A DNA stretch of 59,076 nt, the filler included, from Bipalium vagum (Eukaryota), in the NCBI GenBank assembly GCA_037834085.1. It is 3 parts of 3 records of this genome, joined end to end, with 100 filler letters (N's around TTAATTAATTAA, not from the genome) between each part and the next. Parts side by side here need not be neighbours in the genome. Positions count along the whole stretch, not along the records: positions 38,053 to 59,076 come from JBBMKC010242831.1; 2 more parts are not named here. One strand, 5' to 3'. Numbering within the stretch: position 1 is the first letter of the stretch; each line of letters opens with the position of its first letter. The notes below the pieces were generated by a model. The model did no database searches, had not been told where the DNA came from, and worked only from the letters and a program-made list of their open reading frames with translations. The translations under genes and the position numbers were made by a program. This document shows, piece by piece, positions 39,613 to 55,100 of this stretch.

Positions 39613-40341
39613 GCGAGACACCTTCAGTACTCTTCGAGCCAAAGTTAATCAGCTTTTAAATGGAAAATCAATACAATGTTCCGCAATGAATAAAGGATTC
39701 GAAAATTTCAATTTGCCCATTGCCAAAGCGAAGATAGAGATCCACGGTAATTATTGTCATTTTACATTGATATCTTTTTGTTGTAATTTATTAAAAGGAA
39801 ATTATAATCATTAGAAATTATTGATCTCAATAAGTGAATTGATTAAAACAATTTGCAATAAAAGCAGTTCAGAAAAACTTTCTTTTCCAAATTTATCAAA
39901 ATGATCTATCCCTGTCTTATTGTCAATTCTCGACTAATTTATATGTAGCATTCCATAACATCTCCTTATATTCCCCAGGAGGCCATCGAATCTCGAACGG
40001 TATAGGTTAGCATTACATGTATCCAGGAATATATTTTGTGTTATTAACATGTTCAAATAATATTTTATGATTAAATTACTTTATTTATTATTTGAAACTT
40101 TAATGTTATAGAAAAGGCTTTAGATATTTTTTTTTCTGGTTCTTTTTATAAAACTATTAAAAAAACCTTTTATATACATTTCTCCTTAAGTTGCACCAAC
40201 TGTGACCATGGAGGTCCATCCTAACAGAATGGAAAATGAGTTCATCGAAGACGAGGTGATAACCATTTCATGTACTGCTACAGGTCGACCAGACAAATTT
40301 ACTTGGAGGTTTCCTTTTCTATCATCCTATTTTCTTTACTA

Positions 40342-40416
<75 letters not shown>

Positions 40417-43400
40417 TTCTATTAATATTATTATTTTTGTTGATAATAAACAATTATCAATAAGTTCCAATAATTTTAATTTATTATTAAAATTTTACTG
40501 AATTAAGATATTTTATATTTTTATAAAAATTTTTATTTAAAATTATATTTCTTTTTAAATTAACTGATCACCTTTAAATAAGTTTATTTTAAATATAAAT
40601 AAAATTAAAAAATTCTAATTTTAGTAACAAATGGTATTCCATATTTACAAATAACAAAAATAATAAACGAAAAGAGGAATACTTTCAATAATAATTATTA
40701 TTAATAATAAAAATTTGATCTGGACTTTGTCAAATAATGATGGTTTTGTTGATTCAGGTGGTTTGTCAACGAAAACGAAGTCAATAATGATAATCACAGT
40801 ACTTACAAAATCAAAGCCACTCGATTTTTGAACAAGGCCACTGTCAAATGCGTGGCCACCAACAAGAAAGAGGGGTATTCCCAACAAACTGTAAATGTCA
40901 AATGTAATTATTTAATAAATTAATTTTCAAATAACTTTTTATTTGTTTAATTTTACTGATTTATATTTTATAAATCCTTTTTGACTTGATTAGATAATAA
41001 TTACTGTCATGAATTCAGAATTTCTTTTGTATTTTTGGAAATATTTTATTTATTGTTTTAATTAATTGTCGTACATATATGATTGTTATTGATTATATCT
41101 ATCTATAATATGATATTAAAAGACCATCAACAAAAATCGAAAAATTAAAAAGAAAAATTTGCTGTGGCAAAATAGTTCAAATCATAAAATAATAATTTTA
41201 ATTATATAATTATAATTATAAAATAAAGAATTTGGTTAATTAATTTTATCTTATTTAAGTAAATTGAAAATATAATTTATATAATCTAATGATGAAAATA
41301 AAAAAAGAAAATAAAAATATAATGATATAGATATTATATTTGATATTTTCGTTTATTTAAACAAGCATTATAACATTACATCTATATGTCATTTGCTAAA
41401 TAAATGATAACATCAGTATTCACAATGCTTGAATATACTTTATTATATACTCGTATATATACACTATCTGCAAGAAATATTATGACGATCGCTTCATTTA
41501 TAAAATATTTTGATTTATGAAGCAGTATGACACCACTTATTGAAAAATAATTGTGATCAAATCTAATGAATATTAATCTATAAGTATCAAATAGCATAAA
41601 GATCAAAAAAATATTTTCAAAAATCTATGGACTTAGATTTGAAAACCTCAGGAAATTAAGACCACAAGAATTATTCGTACGATTATATTCATGATATATT
41701 AAAAAAAAGTATTATATGTATCTAACCGGTCTAATATTTTATTGGTCTTCTTTTCCTATTTGACCATTTGAAATCTATTATGCATTGATTGGACAAGTTT
41801 TTTGTAAAAATCAGAAGGAATTTTCTGCCATTCTTCTACAAGACATGCTTTTAACATTTCTTTTCTAGTTATCTTCCTCTCTAAACTCTTAATAGGATTC
41901 ATGTTCGGTGATTGACCAACCCATTTCATGACCCCAATACCTGCATCTTCGAGCCACTTTGTCACAATCCTCAAAGTATGTTTCGGATCCCTATTATGCA
42001 GAGACTTGGAATTATTTTCCTTAACAAGTTGTTGACCACTTTGCACCAAGTTTTTCAAAATGTTAAGATAATCTTCTTTTTTGATTATTTCATCTCTCGA
42101 AAAATATTCCCATATCATGGCTGATCCACCACCATGTTTAAATGTCCGTCGGAGGCACTCTACGTCCATTTCTTCTTTCACAGTTCTGCACAGAGTAACT
42201 TTTCCGTCGCTCCAAAATTCATTAAATTTGCTTTCGTCAGGCCATAGAACTGTGTTACAATCCATGGGTTTTCTGACCCACTTTACCTTTTCTTTGATAT
42301 TTTTCTTAGAATTCAAAGGTCTTTATCAGTCTGTTTCTGATAGTTGAGGACGACACAATTATATTATTTGCCTAATTCAATTGTATAGAGAGTGCATCCG
42401 TCGACACACCGATTCTTTTTGAGGCATCTCTGAATAATCCAATCTTCCATAACAGACCACACTCCGAGGTAGAGATAAGAGGATCTCCTCGCCGATATAC
42501 TTATTCACGATGAATTGATTAGTTGCCTTTGGGCATTGCAACATGGTGGAAATCTGGCCAAAGCTGAATCGATCATTTCTTAATTTTAGAATTGCATTTC
42601 TGAAATCACCTTTGATTTTTTTTCACTTACGCCCAATTATAATGTTTTTATTTTTGAAAGAAATCAGAGTTCCTTCTGATTACATGTTTTTATTATGTAA
42701 AATAAATAACCTTTATTATATATATATATATATTGATCAGTAAATATTATTAAAACAAAAGGATATAAACAATACTGTTAGAATAAAAAAAAGGTTGCTT
42801 AAATTTTATGTAATTTTATTCTGTTTAATAATTAAATTTTATAAACAGTTTAGTTAAATGCAGGGAGTTTCATCAGTGCTGCATATAAAAGCTATGTTTG
42901 ATTTTATAAGTTTCTTTCTCTTTTCTAAATCTAACTGAAAAAGTGATCGTACGAATACTTTTTTGAAAATATATATTATTTAAATATAATATATTATTTA
43001 AAAGTGTGATAAAAGTGTCTAATGGTATTTCATCTCATAAAGAAATCACTTAATTAGATTAGGCAAATAAATATCAGTAATTATATTTATATATGCATAC
43101 TGAAGAATACAGAATCAAATTAAAAATATAATTAAGTTAAAGATCATAAGAATATTTTGGAAAGTCTTTGACTTTTTTCATTCGATAATATTATTTATTA
43201 ACAGAAAAAATCATGATAATAACTAAGGTATATCACGGTTTCGATATTCAAAAAACGTTTAAGATAATTCATAAAGTTTCCTTATCAATTTAAAATTGAT
43301 AATAATTATAATATAATAAAAAAGAATTATTATAATAAAGATATTCATCTAATTTATCCAACTCTTTCATTCAACTTCTTTAAGTTATTTTTCAAAATAA

Positions 43401-46137
43401 TCCAACATTAAAAATAATTCTTAAACTATTATAATATATAGAATGTTTTAAATTTTATTTTTATTAATATTATTTATTATTATTATGTAATATATATAAC
43501 TTTTTTTCATTTATTTGTTATCCGACTATTTATATTTAATTAAAAAACTAAACATAATTAATATAATTTTTCTATTGTTCTATTGTTGCCAAAGTTATTA
43601 TTTTTTAATCTGGATTAAAAACGGTTATTTCATAAAATATTTCGAAATAAAAGTTATTTATTTGCAAAGATGATTAATTAATTTTGATTATTTCTAATCT
43701 TGGGATTCAATCTTTAACAGTTTTATTTTGTGTTGGACATGTAAACACCTATTGGCTTGCAATCCATGAAAGAAGACATTTTTAAATGATTCACTAAGAA
43801 ACATAAATAAATTAATTAATTTTCAAACAAATGTTATCAAACCATGAGATTTTAATGTCATAAATTTTAGACAATACCTTTAAATGTTACCATTAGTAAT
43901 TTTATTAACTATAAATACATTAAATTAAATTTTATAAACGTATTACTTAAAATATGAATGTTATTTTGATTATTTAAGCAACATTTTTTGTAATATTATA
44001 AAATAATCAAAGTTTTCATGACAAATTTTATAAATGGAAATCTCTGGGAAGTTTATCATACAAATCTCGTACGTAACCCAAAACATTGGCGAATTTCAGA
44101 GGTTGAAAACTACAGAGAGTTGACTTTACATATAATATTAAGCTGTCTAAAAGGTTTCTACCGATTTTAGCAATATGAAAAACGTAAGATTTCAAAACTT
44201 TATTAAATTATATATGCACTTCTCGCGGACTGTTCTATCAGATACAGAATCTGCACCTAAAGTCGAACCAATATTTTTCACAGTCTGTGTTGCATTTTTC
44301 CCTTAATGAAATCAAATTTTATAAGTTATCGAATTCTTCTTTATTTATATTAAATATTATATTAAATATTAAAAAAATGTTATTTATTGATAAAATGTTT
44401 AATTTTTTTAAACAATTTGAATGTTGTGATTAATAAATTTATACAATTGAAATATTTAAACAAACAAAATATCAATATAAATATCTGTAGAGGTTTTTCA
44501 TCGCCTTTTTAGATAACCTAATATTTAAAAAAATATTTTTAAAGTTTTTCTTTTAAAAAAAAATTCTACAATTAATAAGCCACTACATTCTAAATATAAA
44601 TAAAATTCTATAATTAAAAATGTTTATATTCCGATTAGACTCGTTATGATATACAATGATACACTTATGATCCTTTCAATTCTTTTTCTTCCAATGCAGA
44701 CGGACCGCAGTTTCTGAACAATTCCCCAACCATTTATCCGGTAAACATTGGAGACGATTCCACCTTGTCTTGCGAGTTCGAAAGCAACCCAGTATCGAAC
44801 ATCTTTTGGAGGAGAGAATCCAGCACCGATATATTGGGACATGGTTCGAAACTTTATCGCAAAAATGTTCAAGAATCAGATATCGGTATGTACACCTGTA
44901 CAGCTGCAGCGGAAGGTTTTATACCAACATTCCGAAACGTTTATCTTGCCAAAAGAAGTGGACATTGTTTTTTCTTGTCAAGACTGTTTTTAAAGATTGT
45001 TTTTCTCTCTGAAAATTAAGGTAAACCGTTCATTAGCGAAAATGCCGATCTCAGTGTGGCAATGGGAAAGTCTGTCCAGATAAAATGTGTCATAAACTCC
45101 ATTCCCGAGCCAAAACCTAATGACATAATGTGGTTTCACAATGACCGTCGCATTCTCGGAGAAAACAATAATAAGTAAGTGAAAGGGAGAATTGGAATTC
45201 GACAGGAATTTAATAATTATGTATAAACGAAATGCCAATATAATGGCTTTCAACGGGAAACGAGATCGATTTCTTTCTCAAAACGTGTTTTGATGGAATA
45301 AATTCATTTTTCTCTTTGTACGGCTTAAGTAGTTTCAATGCCACTTAAAAGCGTCTGGACAAATGCGTCGCTAAAAACCCGGGTTTTGTCGAGACTGTGA
45401 CATTGGGAATGTTTTTCTTTTTGCATTTCGAGGGATTTTGAGGCAAATTATCGTTTTGCAGATACATCGTGTTCACGGAGGATTTTCTGGGCGGTTCAAC
45501 AAGCGTTTTGAGCATAAACAATGTCGACCTGAACGATTTGGGTCAATACAACTGCACTGCCCGCACCGAGCTCGGGACGGATTGGAAAGTAATGAAATTA
45601 TCTAAATCAAGTAAGACAAGATGAAAATGAAAATGTCTCTGTCCATTTTGGGTTTTTTGTTTTAATTTATTCAGTTTTTTTGAAAAATAATATTGATTTA
45701 TTGATTGATTATTGAACTGTGATGATTTTGGGAGGAGAATATAATTATCAATAAATGAATAATTCTCAATCCTTAATTTTAAATGTCTGTGTCCAATTTA
45801 TGTTTTTTTTGTTTTAATTTATTCAGTTTTCTTTAAAAAATATTGATTTATTGATTGATTATTAATTTTGATGATTTTGGAAGTAAAATATAATTATCAA
45901 TAAATTAAAAATTCTCAATCCTTACTTATAAATGTCTGCGTCCAATTTCGGTTTTTTTGTTTTAATTAATTCACAATTTTTCTTTAAAAAAATATTGTTT
46001 TTTTGATTAATTATTTATTTCTGATAATCTTAGAAGAAGTTGTAATTCACTACAAAACGGTGATTCCGATTTTTTGAAATGAGAACAACTTTCAAATATC
46101 CGATAATTAATTAAAAATAATTATTAATTAAAAATTC

Positions 46138-46183
<46 letters not shown>

Positions 46184-49100
46184 TAATATTTCAACAACAA
46201 AAACTTGAAAAATTGAAAAAACTTTTTTCTTGTAAATTTTTTAATTATAAATGGTAATTATAAACTTTTGTCACCAAAACTAATCATTTTCTGTTTTGTC
46301 AACGTTGTTGGCCGCATTGTCTGCTCGTGTTCTTGACGCTGGGTGGCGTTTGTTTTATCAATGAGCCAGTCTCATGTAAAACGAGTTCGTTTTCCACGCT
46401 TTTCCTTCGTAATGGGAACAATTGTAAACTATCATTTTCTTATCATTTTTCCCGGACATACCATCATTTTTATGAATAATAAAAACGTTTTATTGACTTG
46501 AATTTCTTTTTTATTTTGTTTTCGTCAATTGCTCAAACTGAACAATGGGCAGAAAGATACGCTGCAAAGTCCTCTGAGTATTGGTTTAATTGCCATTCTG
46601 AGTTGACGAAATGTTCACCGAGCTGATAAACGGGGAATAAAGTAGTAAATTAATTATATTATCAAAAAACAATAAATTCATAAACGTTAAACACATTGTT
46701 TACATTATATTCCAACGGCAATTTCTCGTAAATGGGACTCGTTCCAAATGTCTTATCTTCGACAGAAGACTCCTTTTACAATCGACCATCCATGGAACAT
46801 TGTAACATTTCTTGTCAAAAACAATTTTATTGTCATAAATAAATTTAATGACAATGTTGATAACATTTCAAGGAGCCCGGGTTAATTATTTTCCATGTTC
46901 GCCCTGCTTCTTTCTTTGGTAGATTAAACGGGCAACATAAAATATTCATTAATATTTTTAAAAATATTATTTATTTTTTAAATTAAGCCACTTTGAAATT
47001 CGTCGTTTTTGTATAAATTGTTTTTTTGTTTCAATTAAAGTTTCGATTTTTTCTTTTTTTTGTTGTTGTTTTTTAATGGTAATTATTTTTCGAAATTAAA
47101 AGCAAATGTTTTATTGAAGATTTTAATTAAAATTTTATTAACGGCCGAAATTGGAATTGTTACATTTTTTATTATTTTAAGGATTTTATTATATATTTTT
47201 TGAAATTATTTTTGATTAATGAAATTATTAATCGTCGAGATTTGTCCAATTTCTTTCACTGATATTTTTGAAAAAAATATTATCGATTATTTTATATAAA
47301 TTATACCACTTTATTTATTTTTTTATTTTTAAAATGTTCGTTAACTTTTTAAACTAATTTATTAATTAAATCGGTAATTTTTGATTAATTAAATCAGTAT
47401 GAACTAATTTCTATAATTATTTCTATAATTATTATAAATCAATAAAATTATAATTTTATTTAAGTTTATCCTTTTTCAGTTAGTCAGAAAGTGATATTTA
47501 TAATTATTATTATTTTATCATTATTTATTAATTAACATATATAATAAATTTTAATTTTTCGGAAATAAAATTGAAATTGTTAAAATAATAAATTATTTCA
47601 AGACCATTTACACTTTTTATCATTTTTTTAATTTATGAATATTCAGATAATTTTTATCAAAAATATTATTGGTTACAAAAATTAAAATATTAATTAAATT
47701 AGAATTTTATCAATTTATTACATTTCTATCATCATGTAATTTATTTTTGAAAAATATTAAAATGTTCAAAAAAAATATTTACAAAAAATATTTACAAAAA
47801 ATCTAATTAGAAAGAAAATTTTTGATAATTTATTATTTATAATTTAATTTTTGCAATTAAATTTTAAATTTTTATTTTTCATGTAATTAAGATAATCTTA
47901 TAATATTTTAGATTTATAAATCATTTCATTGTTTGAAAATCAAAGATTATTAGATACAACCGTTGAAAATAATGATTTATTTTAAGCAGATGTATTTAGA
48001 TAAATACTGATATATAATTGATTTTTAAAGTGCTGTTTTGTTTTAATATTAAGTATTCATTGCCTCATTCAAATCTAGAGAATGTGTTATCATAAATATT
48101 GTTAAGCTTAACAATCTTTCAGGAGAGATCATTTTTAGAAATGTAAGGCTATTAATTTACTTTGAAAAAGTGTTTCTGAATGCTTTTTTAAAAATTTGCG
48201 AAGCTTATGATGACCGCTTTTCATTTAAAGCTAATTATGAACGTCGTTCACAGCCCTTTAACACTGAGGATTCTGATCTGAAAGACAAAATCCTTGTTTT
48301 CACCATACAAATTTTGAAGATCAAAAATTAAATCATTATTCGATAAAGATCCGTATTTAAAATAAAACATTACATTATATTACGCACTGGTTAAAAATAA
48401 TTTCTAATTGCTAAAATACGAGGATCTGATTTAAAAGGAATTCTGAGGCCACATTAACTGAGCACAAGACAAAAACATCTATTGAGTTAATATCATAATG
48501 CATCAAACACCTCTTCAAGGAGTACGATATTAAAAAAAATGGTCTACCGAGATCCTGTCCCAAAAATACATCCAAAAGATGTGATAAATAATTCGAAATT
48601 AATTATCTCTTCTGTCCTTTTGAATTATACAATTTTTGCGTACAATACAAAAATCTGCGTTATTAATTGGCATATTTAATAAATTTAGGTTTACCTTTAA
48701 AAAAATTTTAAGGTTTTTCGAACCACAATAATCCTTTATTAATCATATTATGTAAGAGTTTCCAGGCTTAATGAATCGGTATGATATTATGGCGAGTCAT
48801 TCAAAATATCAATGAAGATCTTTCTTTCGAACTTTAAAATATGCTTAAAAGTGAGACCCCATGAAATGTTTACAAACATTTTAAATGTACCTTTACAAAA
48901 TGATTACAACAACTAAATACCCTTTACAAGTATAGGGTATATATGTACCGCTCTGTACGATCTCTAGAAAAGAAAATTATAAAAATACTTAATCAATGAT
49001 TTTGTACTTCTTTTTTCTCATTTTCGTATTTCAAAAAGAAAATAAATGTTTTTAATTTCTTTTTTATTCGTATGTAAATTTAAATTATGTAATTTTTTGC

Positions 49101-52100
49101 ATTTCTTAATTTATTTATTTTTCATTCTGACTTTTGTGATCTCTCAGTCTGTGGAACTCCTCTTTCAGATAATTAGAAATAAGTTTTCCTGAGTCTTGTT
49201 TTTCAATTTGTGACTGTATACATTTTCTTAAATATTCATTAATTTCCCCAGATCTTTTGATCTTGTCTACTTCGATTTTGATGAAAACGAATCAATAAAC
49301 GTTCTTCAATCCAGTACTTTTGCTGTTTTAAATTGCTTTTGGTTTTTATTGCGGAGAAAGAATATTAAAATTTCGTCTCCTCTGTATAAAATGATGATTA
49401 CATTTTACTGAAGGATCTTCTGTTGTTCCTTTGATTAAAATTCAGTTTGTTTTCTCTTTCTTTTTGAAGATTTCTTAGTAGGTTCAACGAGAAAGGATTA
49501 AGTAACAATATCATTATATATTGCGTATAAGTATTCTCACCACCCATACCATCAATGTTGAGACTAATCTGTGGTCCAAAAAAGAAACCGCCGATTTTGC
49601 AAAACCATTTTAGTCGCGCTTATTTAATATAAAATTAGTGGTTTATTAATAAAATTAGAATCGATTATTAGGTGGATATTTAATCAAATATTTGTTTAAA
49701 TAATATCGTTGCTAGATACATTTTTAAATATCAAAATATGGATGCAGATAAGAAACATATTAGGCACTGTCTACTGTATGCTTTTGATCATGGCTCTAGT
49801 GCAAGAGTTTCTCATATAATTTATGAGAAGAATGGATTGAGTGAGACTCAATGCAAGGTATAGTTCAATCGATTCAGAAATGGTAATATAAGCCTGGAGT
49901 GCTTCTCGAAAACTGATTTATCATCGATTCTGGATAGTGAAACTGTACAATAATTGAACGAATCGAATCCCAGCCAACGCTATTGTGAAGTGACTGTTCA
50001 TGATCCTATGCAACTTATTTGGAAGTCATACAGAGTTGAGATATGGATTCCATACAATTTATGAAATAAGCAGAAGTCAATGAGAATTATGATTTCAAAT
50101 GAAAATCTAATAAGACATTAAATAACCATTTTGGATAAATATATTCACTTCCCATGAAAATTAGATTGTATATGAGAACATTATCGTCAATGGGTTTTTA
50201 CAGAAAAGACTCCAATTTCAACTGGAAAAAGAGCAAAAAGTGTTTTTTGTGTATATGGTACGACTGAAAGGAAATTGTATATTAGGAGATACTTAATTAT
50301 GTGCAAACTATTGACTCAAATTGCTACTGTAAACAGTTGAGCCGACTTGTCGATGCACTCTTACAACCCCCCTCCAAAATTTAGTCAATAGAAAAGGTGT
50401 TATCCTCGTTCACAATAACCTTAGGCAGCACACCTCCAAAGTTACTCAACAAATGATTCATGAGTGTGGGTTATGATTTGTTCATTCACCCAACTTATAG
50501 CCATAGTATTCCAAATATATTTTCTATTAATAACCATTATCTTAATGTAATTCTTATTTAAAAACCAATAAAATATTCTAACACTAAATAATGAGCACAT
50601 TATAAATTAAATATTTATTATTTTTAAATCTGTTATGGTATTTTAGTGTAATTATTTTTATTTTTAATTGTTATTTTTTCAAAATGAGTGTTGAAATATC
50701 TTTTTTATAACTATCATTTTTGCTATTTCATTTGTAGTATAAAATATGCTTATTAAATAATTAAGAAACGATTAATTTTTTATCAAATAGTTTTTAGCTT
50801 TGTCTTATGATACACTTAATTATATTTATAAATTCATATTTTTATATTTATATATCAGGTAACGAACTAAGTTTTCGTTTTTTCAGTTTTTTAAATTTGT
50901 TAGCTCCTGAGATTTTCATTTATCTACCGATTTAAATTTTCTTTGTTTTAGTTTGTTGCTTAAACATGTGAGTTTCAAATTTACTGTATAATTAATGTTA
51001 TTAACCATTATCCTCTGGAATAGGTGCTCCAAAAGCTTGCTGGACAAATCACAAATTCGAGTAATTATTTATTACGAATGGAAAAATAACACAAGCACAA
51101 AACTTTACCAGGTGCTTAGTTAAGAAACAATGCAACTGCGAACAGTGCAAAATTTGTTTAAAAAATTCAATAGTGGCGATTTTTCATTGGAAGACAAATA
51201 GAGGTCTGGAAGGTCAAAAGAGTTGGAGGATTATCTAATTATGGACCTTCTTGAACAAAACAGATCAATTAGTGCTAAACAAATCGCTTCCGAATTAAAT
51301 ATAAGCGATACAGCCATAAGAAACCGACTTAAAGCGTTAGGATTAAATTGTAAACTCGACAAATTGGTTCCATACCAACTAACTAAAAAAAAACAAGTTG
51401 GATCGCATTGAAATAACCCTTTTCTCGATTGAATAGTCACTTGCGATGAAAAGTTGATCTATCATGACATAACCAAACGAAGATCGTGGTCGTTGAAAGG
51501 AGAGCTTCCGCAAAAAAATTGAAAAACGCAACCTTACACAAAACAAGGTTCTTTTATGCATTTGGTGGGATTCTCGTGGAATTATTTATCAGGGGTTTCT
51601 CAAGTCTATGTGACATGTTAAGAAGAGTTCATGCCATTATGAACGAAAACCGGAGCAGTTTGATAAACCGAAAACAAGTGATTTTCCAAAAAGATAATGC
51701 CAGGCCTCACAAATCAATGAAGACATTGAAGGTTATTCAGGAATTGAACTGGACTCTAATGGAACATCCGCCATATAGTCCCGATATCGCCACACAGATT
51801 TTTATTTGTTTCGGGTATTACAGAATCATTTGATGGGTAAAAATTTTAAGAGTTCCGAAGGTGTAAAGAATGAAGTACTTTCTTTCTTTTATTGAAAAGA
51901 TCGAGATTTCTTTAATACTGGGATCAACAAACTGCTAAGAAGATGAGGGGCAGTAAAAGAAAAAGATGGGGAATATCTGGATGGTTAATTGTTTAATAAT
52001 GTTTTATGATTAATAAGTTAAATTTAACTCTAGTCTTAGTTAATTTAAAAACGAAAAAACTTAGTTCGTCACCTGATATATTTATAATTTAATATACAGA

Positions 52101-55100
52101 AAAACCTCTTTATACTTTATATACTTTATACCTCTTTATTAGAAATCAATTAAAAAACGGCTGATAAACGAGGTTACATAATAAAGGCACTTTAAAAATT
52201 TTTATAAAAATGAACGATCATTGTCAGAATTATTTTACAATGCATATCCAAAGTGCTTTGTTTCTTAAACCAATGGCTTTCGATGAAATCATTTACAATG
52301 CGTTAAAAGAATTGTATATAAACAAATTTATGCTGAAAAATTTTAAAAATTTTTAATTAGTTGCAGTATATAGAGTTTTTACTGTATATATAAAAAACAA
52401 TAATAAAAAAGAAAATAATTAATATTAAATAAAAAAATCCAATTTGTCGAAATTTTTATTATATTTATGAATATAAAACTGAACTATAGAAACTGTTGCT
52501 TGTTCTCATCGATTTATATTGGTTCTTGGTTTTTGAACAACAATCTGATCAATAAAGTTTTATGAATTTAAAAAAAAAGTATTAATTATATTTAAAGTAG
52601 TATAATTGGTATTTCCTCTTTCTTCGTTTAACTAAACAAAATTGCTAAAATATCCAAAAATGATTGCACATTTTATGTGAAAATCTACAATTTCTTTATT
52701 TCACTCTCAGTAACATTTATTATATTCTTATATTATAATTCACTAGATTTTAGAAAGTCATAATCATTGGTAATGGAAAAGTTATTTACAATTATTATTG
52801 ATTTTATTTTAAATTATTTTTTTAAAAAATATTGATTGGATAAAAAGATTGAAAATAAAAAACCATCTCACATTCCAAGACGATTTCATAAAGCAAAGGA
52901 ATAAATTTTTCCAAACAGTTTTCCATTATTTATGGAATATATTTGTTTATTTATGTAAATATCTATTGTTATTTATTTTTCATTTCGATAAATAAATTCA
53001 ACAAAATAAAACTGATGATAATTTTTGTTTTATTTAGGTCATATGCATTTAATATTCATAATCGGAGGGACGGTTTTCTTAACCATGGTCATGTTAACTG
53101 TCATAATCGTAATTTGCGTCTGTAAGAAAGGCCTTTGTAGTAATAAATATCAAAAAGGTCATTTTTTTTTATTATTTTATTATTATCATTATTCATGGTT
53201 TTCATAGATTTTTTTTATTCATATTTCCTTATCAAAATCATTCAATAATAATCAGAATAATGGGAAAATAATCAAAATAATTAGATGAAAAGAATTTCAT
53301 ATTTTCAAACAGTTTATTATTTAATAATAAATAATCAGGTTATATTATGACAAAAGGTGATTTTCCTAATTAAAAAACCCATGATGTATTAATGTTGGTA
53401 ATTAAATTCGCCTGATAAACATCTCACTAAATACTGCAATAATCATGCATTAATAATGCGAGCTATATTCCCATTTTCCTATTTTCCCTCTTTTTCTCAG
53501 CTTCTCAAAGGATAATGAAAACCTGAAAACGCTGCCTCATTTATATTTGGTAATTTCATGATTTTTAATAACTATATTAATAAAATATTCTACGGTCTAA
53601 TAATAATAATAATATAAATAATAATCATAAAATGTGAAATATATAGATTTTTAAAATTTAATTTATATTTTGTGATGTGACTTTCAATATTTAATATTAT
53701 GAATATTTTTTCAACAAAATATTTTCATTTTTCGGGGGATATAAAGAAATGATAAATTATTTTGTTAAATATTTTATACGTTTATTCACGTGTTTCAATA
53801 GAAATGCACCTCTTATTATTTTAATGAATTGCTTAGGAATATTTGCATCTGTTGTTCAATCAGTTTAATTTAATCAGATATCCACATTTTGTGTGCTCAT
53901 CATTTAAATAGTTAATAATTCACAAATGATAAGAAATACTCATATTAGGTTGTGTCAAAATTTTCCTTGATTTTGATAGTTTAATTTTCTTTTCTGACAC
54001 AACTGATATTTTACTATCAGACTATATTTGTAAGTTGTGTTTTAGATATATTAGGTTGTCATAAAATTTCGGCAACAGTTAAAAAAATATATTTATTTTG
54101 AAATAAGATTATAACAAATCTCAGCGTTATACTTCAAATGGATGACATTAAATTTGAACTTTGGGTTTTAATTCGTTTTTGTTGGAATCGATAACATTAC
54201 AAAAGAGGTACTGCAAAGGAAGTGAAGAAATTTTAAGTTTGAAGACTTATGTGACATCGAAAATTTTCCCTACCTGTCATACAGTCCAGACGTTACTGCA
54301 TCTGATTACGGTCGCCGTTTTGAATCAATTGATAAAGTCGAAGAACCATGTTGAGAGCTTTTTGATTTGAAAAAACCAGGTGGTATGCTGAACAGTTTTG
54401 GAAGCATGGTGATCGATGACATGAAGTGGTTGATAATGACCTATTGTATTTTGAATACCAATGTTTTTTTTAAAATAAATTTTGCATAAAAATTACTTTT
54501 TACTTAACTGTTGCAGAACTTTGGAGTCAACCTAATATTCACAACGTTTTCTTTCTAAATATATGTATTATACGTTTAATGAAAATAAATGAATGTTTTA
54601 AAAATTATTTCACATAACCAAAGAAGAAAAACAAAAAATTATAAAATAAATGGAAAATATTAGCAATTATAGAAATCAGTCTACTCTATCTTCTGTAAGA
54701 ATTGGATACCTCAATTGCTATGAAAAGTGATGGTGATTTAATATAAAGTTGAGAGGGGAAATGTGTCTTCTCATTAGACAACACTTGAGTTATTGAGGGA
54801 AACTACGATTGTTTTTTAAAAGTTTAATTATTTGTCTAATATTGACAGAGGTGGGAATATTCTCTCTTTTCTCTGTGGAACAGATGCTTTCCTTAGAACA
54901 AAATATTAAACTGTCAATAGTGTAAATTAGCAAAGTATCTCTCAGAAATATTGCAAAATTATCTCGAACTTGAAAAGACGTATTTTTCTTAGAAAATCAG
55001 AATAATTTAGTTAAACATTGTATAAATAATACATGTGAAAAAATATTATATTTTTGCTAATAAATAATGGGATATACTTTATCTGTCAATACATCTGTCT

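Noticed and set aside
44624-45253. Several overlapping ORFs on both strands
   Set aside because: Shadow frames of the GC-richer Ig exons 44700-44957 and 45021-45174.
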